A stretch of 64,000 bases of DNA, from the NCBI GenBank assembly GCA_023473545.1, contig JAMCXO010000002.1, positions 6,340-70,339 on the forward strand, read 5' to 3'. The stretch's first letter is position 1, and each line of letters opens with the position of its first letter. Under the pieces are notes generated by a model. It saw only the letters and a list, made by a program, of their open reading frames with translations, was not told the DNA's origin and did no database searches. Below, one piece after another: positions 19,706 through 29,075 of the stretch. The DNA comes from Patescibacteria group bacterium. Its GTDB lineage: Bacteria > Patescibacteriota > Microgenomatia > Levybacterales > UBA12049. The position numbers were made by a program, and so were the translations under genes.

Positions 19706-21097
19706 TTAGAAAAGCCCTAGTTGCCTTTCGTCGGATACCATCTCTCTAACCGGCTGTCCCTGGATCTTTTCTTCGGCTCGTTCAATCTTAACCTTACCAT
19801 ACTCTCCGTCATAACCCGGATCTATAATAATGTTTCCTTCCCGAACCTTACTAATCGCCTGCGCAATTCTAGAATCCGAATATTTCTCGATATCCGTTAC
19901 GCTAGACAGCAAAAGCACGTTAAATTCGGACCCAAGAGATGAACAAAGCATGTCGTAGATACCTGTTACCTTACGGCTAGAGACCGTAGAATGCATAGCC
20001 TCGGCTATTATCTCAAGCAAAGGAACAAGTTTAACAAAAGGGGGATGATTTTTTGTTTGATCTATATACCATTTTATGCCCTTATCGCTCATTTTTACAG
20101 AAAATACCTTTCCGTAAAGTCTAGTTGATAACTGCATTACCCTATTAAGCACTCCTTCTGTTAGCCTTCGATGACAGACAGGACATATCTCTCCCTTCGC
20201 TTTTAAATCTTCCGGTCCATAAACTACCCCGCAGTTTCGATGTCCTGAAAAATGATACTTTCCTTCTTCCGGATAGAACTCGATAGTGTAGCCTATCTTT
20301 AGTTTTCCATTTCTTCGCATAATAGCAAGTCTTATATCCTCGTATGTTATTTCCTCGTTTGATATTTGTAACTTGTCATTTGAAATTCCGTTTTTGCTGG
20401 AAACAAAAACAGTTGCTTCTCTTCCCATCTTGGCCGGGCTGTGCGCGTCGGAAAAAGAAAGAATCGAACGATTATCCAACTCCTCTACCTGCCAATTCAT
20501 TAAGGGATCGCTTGATAAACCTGTTTCAATCCCATAAACAAAACGCGCCGAATCGCCAAATGCTTCATCCAATGAACCAAAGCCCGAAGCCGAACCGTAA
20601 ATCCCAAAATGAGGCGTCCAGATGTGGCAGGGGATCAATATTGCCCTGGGGTCAATGGAAGAAACTATCTCCAAAAGATTTTTCGAAGAAAGACCAATAA
20701 TTGGCCTGCCGTCCGAGTGTAGATTGCAGCCTCTTCTCGTCAACTCCTTATTAATCTTTTCGCAAATCTCAATGCTGGGGGAAAAAATAAGATTATGTAT
20801 ACGCCTTAGTTTCTCTCCCTGTGTGTAGATACTGGCAATCTCTGTTGACAAAAGAAATAAGACATCGTTCTCGTCTTTGATTTTTGATCCCTGATCCTTA
20901 AATCTATACAGTCCTTCCCCGCTTTCCTTGAGTTGGCTTTGTATTTCCCGAATCCATAATGGATGCGTAAAGTCTCCGGTTGAAATAATGTCTATGCCCT
21001 TTTTTCTGGCAAAATCAGCCATGACAGGCAGGATCATATTTTGGGAAACCGCCCGGGAATATTTGGAATGAAGATGAAGATCCGCAACAAACTGCAT
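19706..21097 (-). CDS. Endonuclease Q-like PHP-domain protein
   Basis: DLHLHSKYSRA, TGDFTHP, IPCHIWTP, ETGLSSDP, SFSDAHS, GKYHFSGHRNC...CPVC, PGYDGEYG. Confidence 0.85.
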   Translation of the reverse strand: MQFVADLHLHSKYSRAVSQNMILPVMADFARKKGIDIISTGDFTHPLWIREIQSQLKESGEGLYRFKDQGSKIKDENDVLFLLSTEIASIYTQGEKLRRIHNLIFSPSIEICEKINKELTRRGCNLHSDGRPIIGLSSKNLLEIVSSIDPRAILIPCHIWTPHFGIYGSASGFGSLDEAFGDSARFVYGIETGLSSDPLMNWQVEELDNRSILSFSDAHSPAKMGREATVFVSSKNGISNDKLQISNEEITYEDIRLAIMRRNGKLKIGYTIEFYPEEGKYHFSGHRNCGVVYGPEDLKAKGEICPVCHRRLTEGVLNRVMQLSTRLYGKVFSVKMSDKGIKWYIDQTKNHPPFVKLVPLLEIIAEAMHSTVSSRKVTGIYDMLCSSLGSEFNVLLLSSVTDIEKYSDSRIAQAISKVREGNIIIDPGYDGEYGKVKIERAEEKIQGQPVREMVSDERQLGLF

Positions 21098-21146
21098 GTC
21101 ATACCTATTTTATCATAAAAAATCCTTGATAATTCGAAAGCGCGGC

Positions 21147-21674
21147 CTAAATAATTTTGTAAATATAGATCTTATTTTTTGTGTCGGATTTAACGGGAGG
21201 CAAATCCATTTTGTAGCGATAGCTGACAATTCTTGTTCCCGGAGTTAGTTCTTTCTTAAACTTAGGCAGCAAAAGACTCAAGACCTTAGGAACAAGATAG
21301 ACAAAAACAACGGTTGCGGGCGATAAATCCTCATCAAAAAAATTCTTTCTTTTTATAACCACTCTTTTCTTTTCTCTAATGATTAGAATTATTAGAATAG
21401 CGATGATTGTCCTTAGGGGATCAATTTCAATACCAACCCCCTTTGCGCCGAATTCTCCGGCGGCTACCCTAAGGGCTGTGGCGTCTCCGCATCCCAGATC
21501 ATAAACGGTATCTTTTCGTGAAACACCGGCCAGCTCACACATGATTCTGGCTGTTTTTTTATCTGTTTTCCACCAGGGAGCCCAGGGGCTATCCGGAGGC
21601 CAGATCCAGGACAAAACAATCAACAAAAAAACTACCAGCGATATTAGCAGTATATTAAAAATAATAAAACCCAT
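21147..21674 (-). CDS. Membrane-anchored class I SAM-dependent methyltransferase
   Basis: VYDLGCGD, GIEIDP, VVFVYL, PGTRIVS; N-terminal TM. Confidence 0.85.
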   Translation of the reverse strand: MGFIIFNILLISLVVFLLIVLSWIWPPDSPWAPWWKTDKKTARIMCELAGVSRKDTVYDLGCGDATALRVAAGEFGAKGVGIEIDPLRTIIAILIILIIREKKRVVIKRKNFFDEDLSPATVVFVYLVPKVLSLLLPKFKKELTPGTRIVSYRYKMDLPPVKSDTKNKIYIYKII

Positions 21675-21721
21675 ATATTGCCTATTTTCAAATCATCCAA
21701 ATTTTCCTAAGCTTTAATCTT

Positions 21722-22015
21722 TTAAAACTTCGAGATTACTTTTCCCATAATCTCCTTTTTCTCAATCCAGCCAAATTTTCCGCTGTCCAAACTATCTTTT
21801 CTATTGTCTCCTTCAACAAAATACCTATTCTCTTTTATTTTCTTAATTCTCTTAACAAAAACCCTTTCTGTGTTTCTATCTTTAAAAACTATGATATCGC
21901 CAATCTTGGGTTGGGAAATTAGATACGGAATATAACCAGCCAAAACCCTATCGCCTGTTTTAAACTGCGGTTCCATGCTGTGGCCAATAATCCTAAAAAA
22001 GGATAACAGAAGCAT
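21722..22015 (-). CDS. sodX: Nickel-type SOD maturation peptidase (S26 family)
   Basis: GHSMEP (Ser), VKRI (Lys), GDNRKDSLDS; directly downstream of sodN. Confidence 0.88.
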   Translation of the reverse strand: MLLLSFFRIIGHSMEPQFKTGDRVLAGYIPYLISQPKIGDIIVFKDRNTERVFVKRIKKIKENRYFVEGDNRKDSLDSGKFGWIEKKEIMGKVISKF

Positions 22016-22512
22016 TATTTTGGCAGAACAATCTCTCCTCCTGTCGGATAAGAAGAGGAGACCTTAACTGTTTCCCGATTTTTGGTTTTCCAAAATATTT
22101 GAGCAAACTCCTGAACAGAGGAAAGCAGGTCGCTCGCGCTTTGTTTATCCACTTCCTGCCGGGTTTTGGAAGCAAGCTTCATAATTTTAAAAACCAGATT
22201 ATGCAAATCCGGATAGTCTTTTAGGTGTTCTTCTTTAAAATAATCCCCCCAAATGATTCTCACTTCGTGTTTAACCATTTCCGCGTGTTCTTCCTTTACC
22301 TTTGTGTATCTCGCGATCTTATGCATAAATTCTTTATCTCCTGTTTCAGTTTCTTCTTTTTTTAAATCAAGAATAAGATCGGTCATTCTAATAACAGTGT
22401 GGGCGGATACCTGGGCTAAATGAGGATCGTAAATGCCGCAGGGAATGTCGCAGTGGGCATAGGCAATTTGCCTGGGCACTATTCCTAAAAGAAAGTCAAA
22501 GGCAGTTTTCAT
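22015..22512 (-). CDS. sodN: Nickel superoxide dismutase
   Basis: Ni-hook HCDIPCGIYDP after a 19-aa prosequence; KEEHA and IIWGDYFK motifs. Confidence 0.95.
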   Translation of the reverse strand: MKTAFDFLLGIVPRQIAYAHCDIPCGIYDPHLAQVSAHTVIRMTDLILDLKKEETETGDKEFMHKIARYTKVKEEHAEMVKHEVRIIWGDYFKEEHLKDYPDLHNLVFKIMKLASKTRQEVDKQSASDLLSSVQEFAQIFWKTKNRETVKVSSSYPTGGEIVLPK

Positions 22513-22575
22513 AATAACTTTATCATAACATAGTGTTTTTAAATGTCAATAATTATGCTAAAATTAACACCATAA

Positions 22576-22650
22576 TCCGGTGTGGCTCAATGGTAGAGCG
22601 GCTCCCTGTTAAGGAGATGGTTGTAGGTTCGAGTCCTACCGCCGGAGCCA
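22576..22650 (+). tRNA. tRNA-Asn(GTT), with encoded CCA
   Basis: Acceptor stem TCCGGTG/CGCCGGA, D arm GCTC..GAGC, anticodon loop CTGTTAA, T arm GTAGG-TTCGAGT-CCTAC, discriminator G. Confidence 0.96.
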
Positions 22651-24111
22651 AAGTTGACGAGAGGCGTAAAAAGCTATCTTGTCAAACGGATTTATCCAGT
22701 CATATCGGGCTTTTTTACCCTTCAGTTCTAAGTTCTGAAGTGCCATCTTCAAAAGTAGCCGTTTTTCGTGGGCTTCAGAACTCTCAAAGACTTTTCCAGC
22801 GTTTTCAGCCAGCTTTAGCAGGTAAGATGAGGTGATATAGTATTCCTCATCGGCAAATTGTAGCTTCTCAATTTTCTTGTTGATAGCCTTTTGTTTTGCC
22901 CGATACTCTTTTCGTTTTTTCTCATAGTAGCTCTCAGTAATACTGCCGTCTATTTTGTCTTCCCAAGCCCGCTCAATGCGGTTCTCGTATTTTTTGTATT
23001 CCGATTGGTAGCGATTAAGCAGGCTTTGATGAAACTCTGATTTGTCCTTATGTGAGCTTTTCAGGGAAGTGGCTATATCCTCAACTACATCAGGGGGCAT
23101 TTGGAGCTTGTCAAACAGGCTTACAAACTGTTTGGTTAAGTCGTCTTCTGTTAGCCACTCAGCCCCGTGTTTACCGTTATATTGAGTGCAGTGGTAGTAG
23201 TGATAGACATTTCCGCTTTTCTTTATCTTACGCTCAGGCGTAATCATACAACCGCAGTCGGCACACCTGATTAAGCCTCTATAAGGAAAAGCCAAGCCCG
23301 CATACTTAAAGCGTTTTTTGTTAAACCCTGCTTTTATATCCTGCACTTTGTCAAAAAGTTCTTGGTCAATTACTCGGTCGTAGTTGTGCGTGTATTCTTG
23401 CCCATCATAAAGCATTGTCCCGCAGTAAAAGGGGTTTTTGAGGATAAAATCAATCTTGCCTTTGGAAAAGTCAAAGCCAAACACTTCTTTAATTTTGTTT
23501 CTTACTTCAAGCATTGAGTAACTGCCTGTGGAATACCACTGATACATTTTCTCAACTATCTCTGCCTCTGGTTCGTCAATGCCTATCCATTTTGAGCCGT
23601 CCTCTCTGGTTATATTTTTGTAGCCGTAAGGGGCTTTACCAGGATACTCGTTTTTGCTTATCTTGAACTTGGCGGTATTGATAGCGTCTTCTTTGAGGCG
23701 GTTAAGGTATTGCTTAGCAAGAAAGACCTTCAAGTCCCAATCCTGAATATCCCTGCCAACGCTATCTTTGTTGATAACAAGGTGGTCGTAAACAAAGTGA
23801 ATTTCCTTGCCATAGTCCAGCCGTAGTTCATCAATCTTAACGGCATCTCGGTAGTTTCTGGTTATGCGGTCAACTCGGTAGGAAATGATAACTTTTATGT
23901 CGTCGCTTGCCTTAACAAACTCAATCATTTCGTTAAAGCGTTTGCGTATCTTGTAGTCGGCACTTTCGCTAAAAACAAACTCTTTGACCACCTCAAAATC
24001 TCTTTTGACCGCATAATCTCTAAGTTCAGGGAGTTGAATGTCCTTGAGCGATAAGCCTTCTTTTTCTTGTTTGAGTGTTGATACTCTGGCTAAAATTACG
24101 GCTTTGGTCAT
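22636..24111 (-). CDS. Large serine recombinase (resolvase + recombinase + Zn-ribbon domains), integrated form
   Basis: AVILARVST catalytic Ser, DRITRN, GKAPYGY, ILKNPFYCG, CADCGC..YYHC; last codons overlap the tRNA 3' end. Confidence 0.94.
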   Translation of the reverse strand: MTKAVILARVSTLKQEKEGLSLKDIQLPELRDYAVKRDFEVVKEFVFSESADYKIRKRFNEMIEFVKASDDIKVIISYRVDRITRNYRDAVKIDELRLDYGKEIHFVYDHLVINKDSVGRDIQDWDLKVFLAKQYLNRLKEDAINTAKFKISKNEYPGKAPYGYKNITREDGSKWIGIDEPEAEIVEKMYQWYSTGSYSMLEVRNKIKEVFGFDFSKGKIDFILKNPFYCGTMLYDGQEYTHNYDRVIDQELFDKVQDIKAGFNKKRFKYAGLAFPYRGLIRCADCGCMITPERKIKKSGNVYHYYHCTQYNGKHGAEWLTEDDLTKQFVSLFDKLQMPPDVVEDIATSLKSSHKDKSEFHQSLLNRYQSEYKKYENRIERAWEDKIDGSITESYYEKKRKEYRAKQKAINKKIEKLQFADEEYYITSSYLLKLAENAGKVFESSEAHEKRLLLKMALQNLELKGKKARYDWINPFDKIAFYASRQLWLRR

Positions 24112-24112
24112 A

Positions 24113-25450
24113 TCAGTTCAAAATCATAGCCTCAACTTGTTTTTTTGCTTCATTTAATAACTTAGAGGCTTCGGTTTTTAGTTTTTCTACTTCTTGATAT
24201 TTTTCCATAACTTTATTTGAAATATCTTTCTGCTTTTCTAGTGGGGGTAAAGGTAATAAGAAGCTCTGTATTGTAGGAATTGTAATGTTGCCTTGAATTG
24301 CCCCGATACGCTCTCTTTGGACTAGTAATTTTGAAATATCGCTATTCAGCCAGACTGATGCATAATTGTTATTAAGTTGCTCATTAAGCCTAAACTTAAT
24401 CATAAAAGAGCCATAAGCAAAGCCGTCAGCTTTTTTAGGAACTACCGCTACTATACCTATGCTTCCACTTCTTGAGATGAGCAGGTCATTTTCGTAAACA
24501 AAACAGTTGCCTATTTCTTTTTCCTTACTTTTTGGTAGATGAACAACATCAGTTAAATCTATATGATTAGGTTTTAGATTTAATATCCTAAGCAATGGTA
24601 TACCGTCAGCCATATAATCGTTTTTAACAGAAGCCCCGTAACGGATTTCGGTTATATAGTTACCAAGCTCTTTAATCGGGTATTTGCTACTCTTGAGTTG
24701 GTTTATGGTCGTCGCAAACTTTGGATTGTGATAATAGGGGTCTTGGCGGTTGCCATCTAGGTCTTGTGAGTTGACGGTATAGATTTTTTCTTCCTCTGGC
24801 TCTTGGTAGTCTATGCCTAGCTGTTGCCTTACAAAGCCATCAATAGAGCTTAGTAGCTCGTCGGCTTGTTTTAGTTTTTGTTCTCTTGTTTCATAGGCTT
24901 TTTTTAATAAGTTGGTTATCTGTTTTTGTTTCTCTTCTGGCAATATGGGTATTAGCAGGTCTTCAACATCTTTAGTTTGTAATCTGGGCAATGTATTGCC
25001 CGTCATCAAGTAAGATGTTTGATTGACAACTAGATGAGAGCTAAGAAAAGCAAAGAGATAGTAGTTACTGCACTTGTGGGCTTCCAAAATATGGAACTCA
25101 GTTGAACATATCCCCTCGGTTGTAGCTAAGTGAACTTTGTTTAGGTATGGTCGTAATTTTGGAAAAAGAATGTTGCCAGCATTAAAGCTAAACGCACTAC
25201 CAAACTCTTTGCCTTGATCAACATCAGAAGCTATACCCGTATCACCTTCTATATTTTCAAGACCAAAATAGGGCGTGTCTTCGCTTGCTTCGCTAACAAT
25301 ATCTCTTTTGAATGTTGCTACTTGGCTAAGAGGCAAAACATCACAACTGAGTGATTTAATTCTTTTGACGGCATTTAGCCTAGTTGGGTGGTATGCACTA
25401 GGGTCAAGTCTTCCCTCAAGGTCATTGTAATTAACAAAATAAGTGTTCAT
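24113..25450 (-). CDS. Restriction-modification specificity subunit (HsdS-like, two TRDs)
   Basis: KLRPYLNK, STEFHIL, IPILPEEKQKQI and LPLPPLEKQKDI conserved helices; probable start MNTYF at 25450. Confidence 0.88.
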   Translation of the reverse strand: MNTYFVNYNDLEGRLDPSAYHPTRLNAVKRIKSLSCDVLPLSQVATFKRDIVSEASEDTPYFGLENIEGDTGIASDVDQGKEFGSAFSFNAGNILFPKLRPYLNKVHLATTEGICSTEFHILEAHKCSNYYLFAFLSSHLVVNQTSYLMTGNTLPRLQTKDVEDLLIPILPEEKQKQITNLLKKAYETREQKLKQADELLSSIDGFVRQQLGIDYQEPEEEKIYTVNSQDLDGNRQDPYYHNPKFATTINQLKSSKYPIKELGNYITEIRYGASVKNDYMADGIPLLRILNLKPNHIDLTDVVHLPKSKEKEIGNCFVYENDLLISRSGSIGIVAVVPKKADGFAYGSFMIKFRLNEQLNNNYASVWLNSDISKLLVQRERIGAIQGNITIPTIQSFLLPLPPLEKQKDISNKVMEKYQEVEKLKTEASKLLNEAKKQVEAMILN

Positions 25451-25451
25451 A

Positions 25452-27245
25452 TTAACCCTTGTAACCAGGTGTATTTTTAACAAACCGCTTATACTCCTCT
25501 CGGATTTCCGTTAGGTCGTTCTTTGGGTCTTTTCTGCCCGTTGCGTCGTAGCCTATATGGTCGGCAATAGCCATAAAGATAGGATAATTACCTAGTTTTT
25601 CGTTATCGCTTTTGCGTCTGAGGAAAACCAGAGAGGACTTAACCCCAGCTCCAAAGTGAGCAAAGGCAAATTGTGGTAGGGACACAATCGCTTCTATCTG
25701 GCATTTGTCCATTATGTAATCCCTTACATACTGCAAAGAGGAGTTAGATAAAATACCGTCGGGCAAGACTATGGCAATCCTGCCCGTTTTGGGTTTGACA
25801 AAGTTCACACAACGCTCAATAAACAGAATTTCTGTTTTTTGGTTTTTCTTGCCTTTGCCAAGCTCGTAATGGTCAAGGTAGTTTTTCTCGGTTGATTTAA
25901 CCGTTGCCCCAAAAGGGGGATTGGTGAGAATTAGGTCAAAACGGTCTTTGCCAAACTTAGTGTGCAGGTCGTTTATCTCGCTAAAATCTCTCAAGCTGTC
26001 GGTGCTGATGATATTGGTGTGTCCGTCGTCGTGGATAATCATATTCATCTTGCAGACCCTTGCTATCTGGTCGTTTATCTCAATACCATAAAGGTTATTC
26101 ATCGCAAAACTATGCCAGTATTCTTTGGCTTCCCAGTCGTCGTAGTTTGCCTCTGCGAAGTTTCTCACTTCATCAAGCGAGTTGAGCAAAAAGCCCCCGC
26201 TACCGCAAGCGGGGTCTAGGACTAAATCGCCTCGTTGCGGGTTCATCATTTCAACGCAAAACCTGATGATTTCTCTTGGGGTAAAGAACTGTCCCATCTT
26301 GCCCTTAAAGAAGTCTTCCATAAACCGCTCAAAAGCAATTCCTTTGGTGTCTAGGTCAATTTTGTTAATAGCTAGCCCCTGTAAATGTTCTACAACGCTG
26401 TAAACAACTTTCGGGTCAAGCCTGATGTCTTCCTTAAAGACTTCGCTGTCTTCCTGTTTGGCTTTGAGGTAAATAGAGTTGACCCGCTTAAATACTTCGT
26501 CGGCTGTTTCGTGTGTGCCAATTTGGAATTTGTAAGGCTCGCCTCGTTTGGTTAGCTTTTCGTCTCTTAACTTGCAGAACAAAAGTTTAGACACTTCATC
26601 AAAGGCGGTTGTTGGAGCTAATTTGCCACCTTGCCAGACAGTATCGTGGCTCTTGCCAAGAGCGGTTATCAACTCATCTTTGGAAACGGTTTTAAGCTCT
26701 TTGTCTTCTTCTCCTTTAATAAACCTGTATTTGGGCGTTCTGCCGTATTTAACGGGAATATCGGCAATGACATTTTTCTCTCGCTCGCTTGGCTTAAAAC
26801 CCGCAATATCAAAAGCAGTTTTGGTCGTGCCAGCTACCACTATGGCAAACTTGGCTCTTAGGCTGTTGGCGTTACCAAAGGCTTGCTCTATGGCTTGCTT
26901 AAACTCGGCGTCGGTTACCCCGTCTTTTTTGCACTCAACGATAAGGTAGGGGGTCTTGAGGTCATCGTCTTCGTAAATAACAATATCTGCTCGGTCTTCT
27001 GGGGTTCTTCTTGGGACAGTTACCTCAATGTCAATCTGGTTTTGGGGATATTGGTAGTCAAGGACAAGCTCAACAAAATAGGAAGCTCTAATCGTTTCTT
27101 CTGGGTTTTTGAACGAGGTTGAGTAATCCCTTGAGCAATGGTAGATAATGCGGGCGTTATCGTCAGTAAAAGAGATTAAGCCCTCTTGCTTGCCTCTTTC
27201 AATGTTTCTTAAAAAGATTGAGCCTCTGTCGTTGTTATTTGTCAT
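25452..27245 (-). CDS. Fused restriction endonuclease (HsdR_N PD-(D/E)xK) and N6-adenine methyltransferase
   Basis: PEE.IR...RADIVIY...IVECKK nuclease; GQFFTPR, VLDPACGSGGFL, LTNPPFG MTase motifs; probable start MTNNN at 27245. Confidence 0.9.
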   Translation of the reverse strand: MTNNNDRGSIFLRNIERGKQEGLISFTDDNARIIYHCSRDYSTSFKNPEETIRASYFVELVLDYQYPQNQIDIEVTVPRRTPEDRADIVIYEDDDLKTPYLIVECKKDGVTDAEFKQAIEQAFGNANSLRAKFAIVVAGTTKTAFDIAGFKPSEREKNVIADIPVKYGRTPKYRFIKGEEDKELKTVSKDELITALGKSHDTVWQGGKLAPTTAFDEVSKLLFCKLRDEKLTKRGEPYKFQIGTHETADEVFKRVNSIYLKAKQEDSEVFKEDIRLDPKVVYSVVEHLQGLAINKIDLDTKGIAFERFMEDFFKGKMGQFFTPREIIRFCVEMMNPQRGDLVLDPACGSGGFLLNSLDEVRNFAEANYDDWEAKEYWHSFAMNNLYGIEINDQIARVCKMNMIIHDDGHTNIISTDSLRDFSEINDLHTKFGKDRFDLILTNPPFGATVKSTEKNYLDHYELGKGKKNQKTEILFIERCVNFVKPKTGRIAIVLPDGILSNSSLQYVRDYIMDKCQIEAIVSLPQFAFAHFGAGVKSSLVFLRRKSDNEKLGNYPIFMAIADHIGYDATGRKDPKNDLTEIREEYKRFVKNTPGYKG

Positions 27246-27420
27246 TTTTCCTTTCATAACTGGTAATAAAGCGGTCAAGGTCGGGTTTGTTTATGCGGTA
27301 TTGTTTACCCGCTTTATACGCCTTGAGCTTGCCGTCCTGTATCCAGCGATAGACCGTCAGATAAACCACCTTGAGCATTTTTGCCACTTCTTCTATGGTG
27401 TAGTATTTTTCTTCTGTCAT
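27235..27420 (-). CDS. Excisionase-like helix-turn-helix DNA-binding protein
   Basis: YYTIEEVAKMLKVVYLTVYRWIQDGKLKAYKAGKQYRI (HTH_17/Xis pattern). Confidence 0.88.
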   Translation of the reverse strand: MTEEKYYTIEEVAKMLKVVYLTVYRWIQDGKLKAYKAGKQYRINKPDLDRFITSYERKNDK

Positions 27421-27421
27421 A

Positions 27422-28594
27422 TTAGCTGTATTTAACATTATTTAACATTTCTTCTTGATTTGCAAGTAGTTTTAATGGCTCAAAATCAGTTATCTGCTTT
27501 CGGAGTAGAGAGAATACGCTAACCTCATCAGCATAGTTAAGTTTTTGGATTTTCTTGTTTAGACTATACCAGTAGTAATTGCCGTGTCTTTTAGTCATCT
27601 GCCTGTAATCCCTTACACCAATTTCCTCAAGCAACATTCTGAAGCCAGTAAGCTCAAGAGCTTGAGTGGGTTTCAGTTTTGGGTTTGCTACCAATAGTCT
27701 CTCAAAGAACTTTTTAGGGCTGTCGTATTGATATGTCAGTAAAGTCGGATAGGCTTCTTCAATCTCGTTGATGTAATAAAGCAATACCCTTTTAGCCGTA
27801 TCTTGGTTAAAGATGTTTGTAAAAGTTGGTTCTACTTTTTTACCAATTTTGTTGAGGATTTGGTTGATTTTCTGCCGTTTGTTTAGCCGTATCTCAACTC
27901 GCAATACCTCAAATGGTTTTCGTTGGGTCAGAACATCAAATAAGCCAAGCTGCAGGGCATTATCCTTTTCTTCAGCTCGTTTTTCGCTAATTTTAGCTTG
28001 CTCTAAGTCCTTGATTTTGTCGTAAAAAACAATCTCAAACGAGTTAGCCCGATACTTGAAGCTATGCCCCTCGTTCCTAAAATCAGTTCTGTTTGTATCC
28101 AGCCGTTTATTGATATTGAGCTTGGTTAGTTGTTCAAGGTAAGTATAGGGCGTCGTATAGTCAGTTAAGGCTATATTTTTAGAGTAATGGACTGATGAAA
28201 CGGGAGCGTTTATCAGGTTTTTCTCAAAGAGGTAAACACCCATTTCTTTTAGGACGGCTTTAAGTTTTTGGATGATAGTAGGAAAATCAGTGTCCGTTAG
28301 CTCGTCAAAGTTATTGCCGTAAAGCAGTTTTGGAATAGAAAATTCAATTTTAAGCGGCATCTCAAAATTACCCTCTCGGTTTATCCGCTTGGTAACAGTT
28401 AGTCTGGGCTTATAAAGACCTCTCTTAAGTTCATTTGCAGTTGGGTTTTGCTTGCAAGTGATATTAGACCTACCACCCAAACGATAATAGCCAGTAGTTG
28501 GGTCAGTAAGCCCTCTGGTTGACGGACTAAAAAAGTCAGGTTCAAATATCGTATACATACCTGTATTAAGGGTTAAAACGATTGTGTCTATCAT
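27422..28594 (-). CDS. Putative rolling-circle replication initiator/relaxase (phage/plasmid gene II/X or Rep_trans-like)
   Basis: MIDT start, IEFSIPKLLYGNN, FYDKIKD and VLRVEIRL motifs. Confidence 0.65.
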   Translation of the reverse strand: MIDTIVLTLNTGMYTIFEPDFFSPSTRGLTDPTTGYYRLGGRSNITCKQNPTANELKRGLYKPRLTVTKRINREGNFEMPLKIEFSIPKLLYGNNFDELTDTDFPTIIQKLKAVLKEMGVYLFEKNLINAPVSSVHYSKNIALTDYTTPYTYLEQLTKLNINKRLDTNRTDFRNEGHSFKYRANSFEIVFYDKIKDLEQAKISEKRAEEKDNALQLGLFDVLTQRKPFEVLRVEIRLNKRQKINQILNKIGKKVEPTFTNIFNQDTAKRVLLYYINEIEEAYPTLLTYQYDSPKKFFERLLVANPKLKPTQALELTGFRMLLEEIGVRDYRQMTKRHGNYYWYSLNKKIQKLNYADEVSVFSLLRKQITDFEPLKLLANQEEMLNNVKYS

Positions 28595-28859
28595 AGTTGT
28601 TCATTACTTCTTCAAACCGCCTTACAATTTCGTTTTCTATTAACTGGGCAAACTCTCGGTTAATCGGATAAAAAATGTTGAGGCTTCTATCGGCTACCTT
28701 TTTAGTGGGGTAAACGAGCCTGTAGCTCCCATTAGGACGGGTCATAATGCCGATTGAGCCCAGATAGAGGTTTTGGTCTAAGACAAAGCTCGCAAATGCC
28801 ACTAAGCCGTTTTGCGGTTTTATAGGTATGATTTGAATTTCACTTAATCGGTTTGTCAT
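28566..28859 (-). CDS. SpoVG-family nucleic-acid-binding protein
   Basis: LVAFASFVLD..L....I......LVYP......FYPINREF pattern. Confidence 0.75.
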   Translation of the reverse strand: MTNRLSEIQIIPIKPQNGLVAFASFVLDQNLYLGSIGIMTRPNGSYRLVYPTKKVADRSLNIFYPINREFAQLIENEIVRRFEEVMNNYDRHNRFNP

Positions 28860-29004
28860 AAGTCCTCGTTACATTTTCCCTGCGGTCAATTTCTATAAGC
28901 ACAGCAAAGAAATCAGCTAATCGCTTCTTTTCTTCAGGCGTCAAAACAAACCCCTTTTTCAGGGGTTTAATCTTCTCAAGCTGAATGACTTTGCCGTTTT
29001 CCAT
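28840..29004 (-). CDS. Small hypothetical protein (54 aa), below the ORF-track cutoff
   Basis: Manual translation MENGKVIQLEKIKPLKKGFVLTPEEKKRLADFFAVLIEIDRRENVTRTYDKPIK*; overlaps the SpoVG start, co-oriented with the element operon. Confidence 0.65.
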   Translation of the reverse strand: MENGKVIQLEKIKPLKKGFVLTPEEKKRLADFFAVLIEIDRRENVTRTYDKPIK

Positions 29005-29047
29005 TAAGCAAAGTCTAAGAAAAGAGGTGTGAGCTGAAGTTGTATTG

Positions 29048-29069
29048 CAGTTAGCTAACTGTTAGCTAA
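29048..29069. repeat. Perfect palindrome CAGTTAGCTAACTG overlapping a tandem GTTAGCTAA x2
   Basis: gcagttagctaactgttagctaatgc in the element's only internal intergenic gap. Confidence 0.7.
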
Positions 29070-29075
29070 TGCTGA

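Noticed and set aside
22533-22835. 100-aa plus-strand ORF
   Set aside because: Runs through tRNA-Asn and antisense to the recombinase; shadow ORF.
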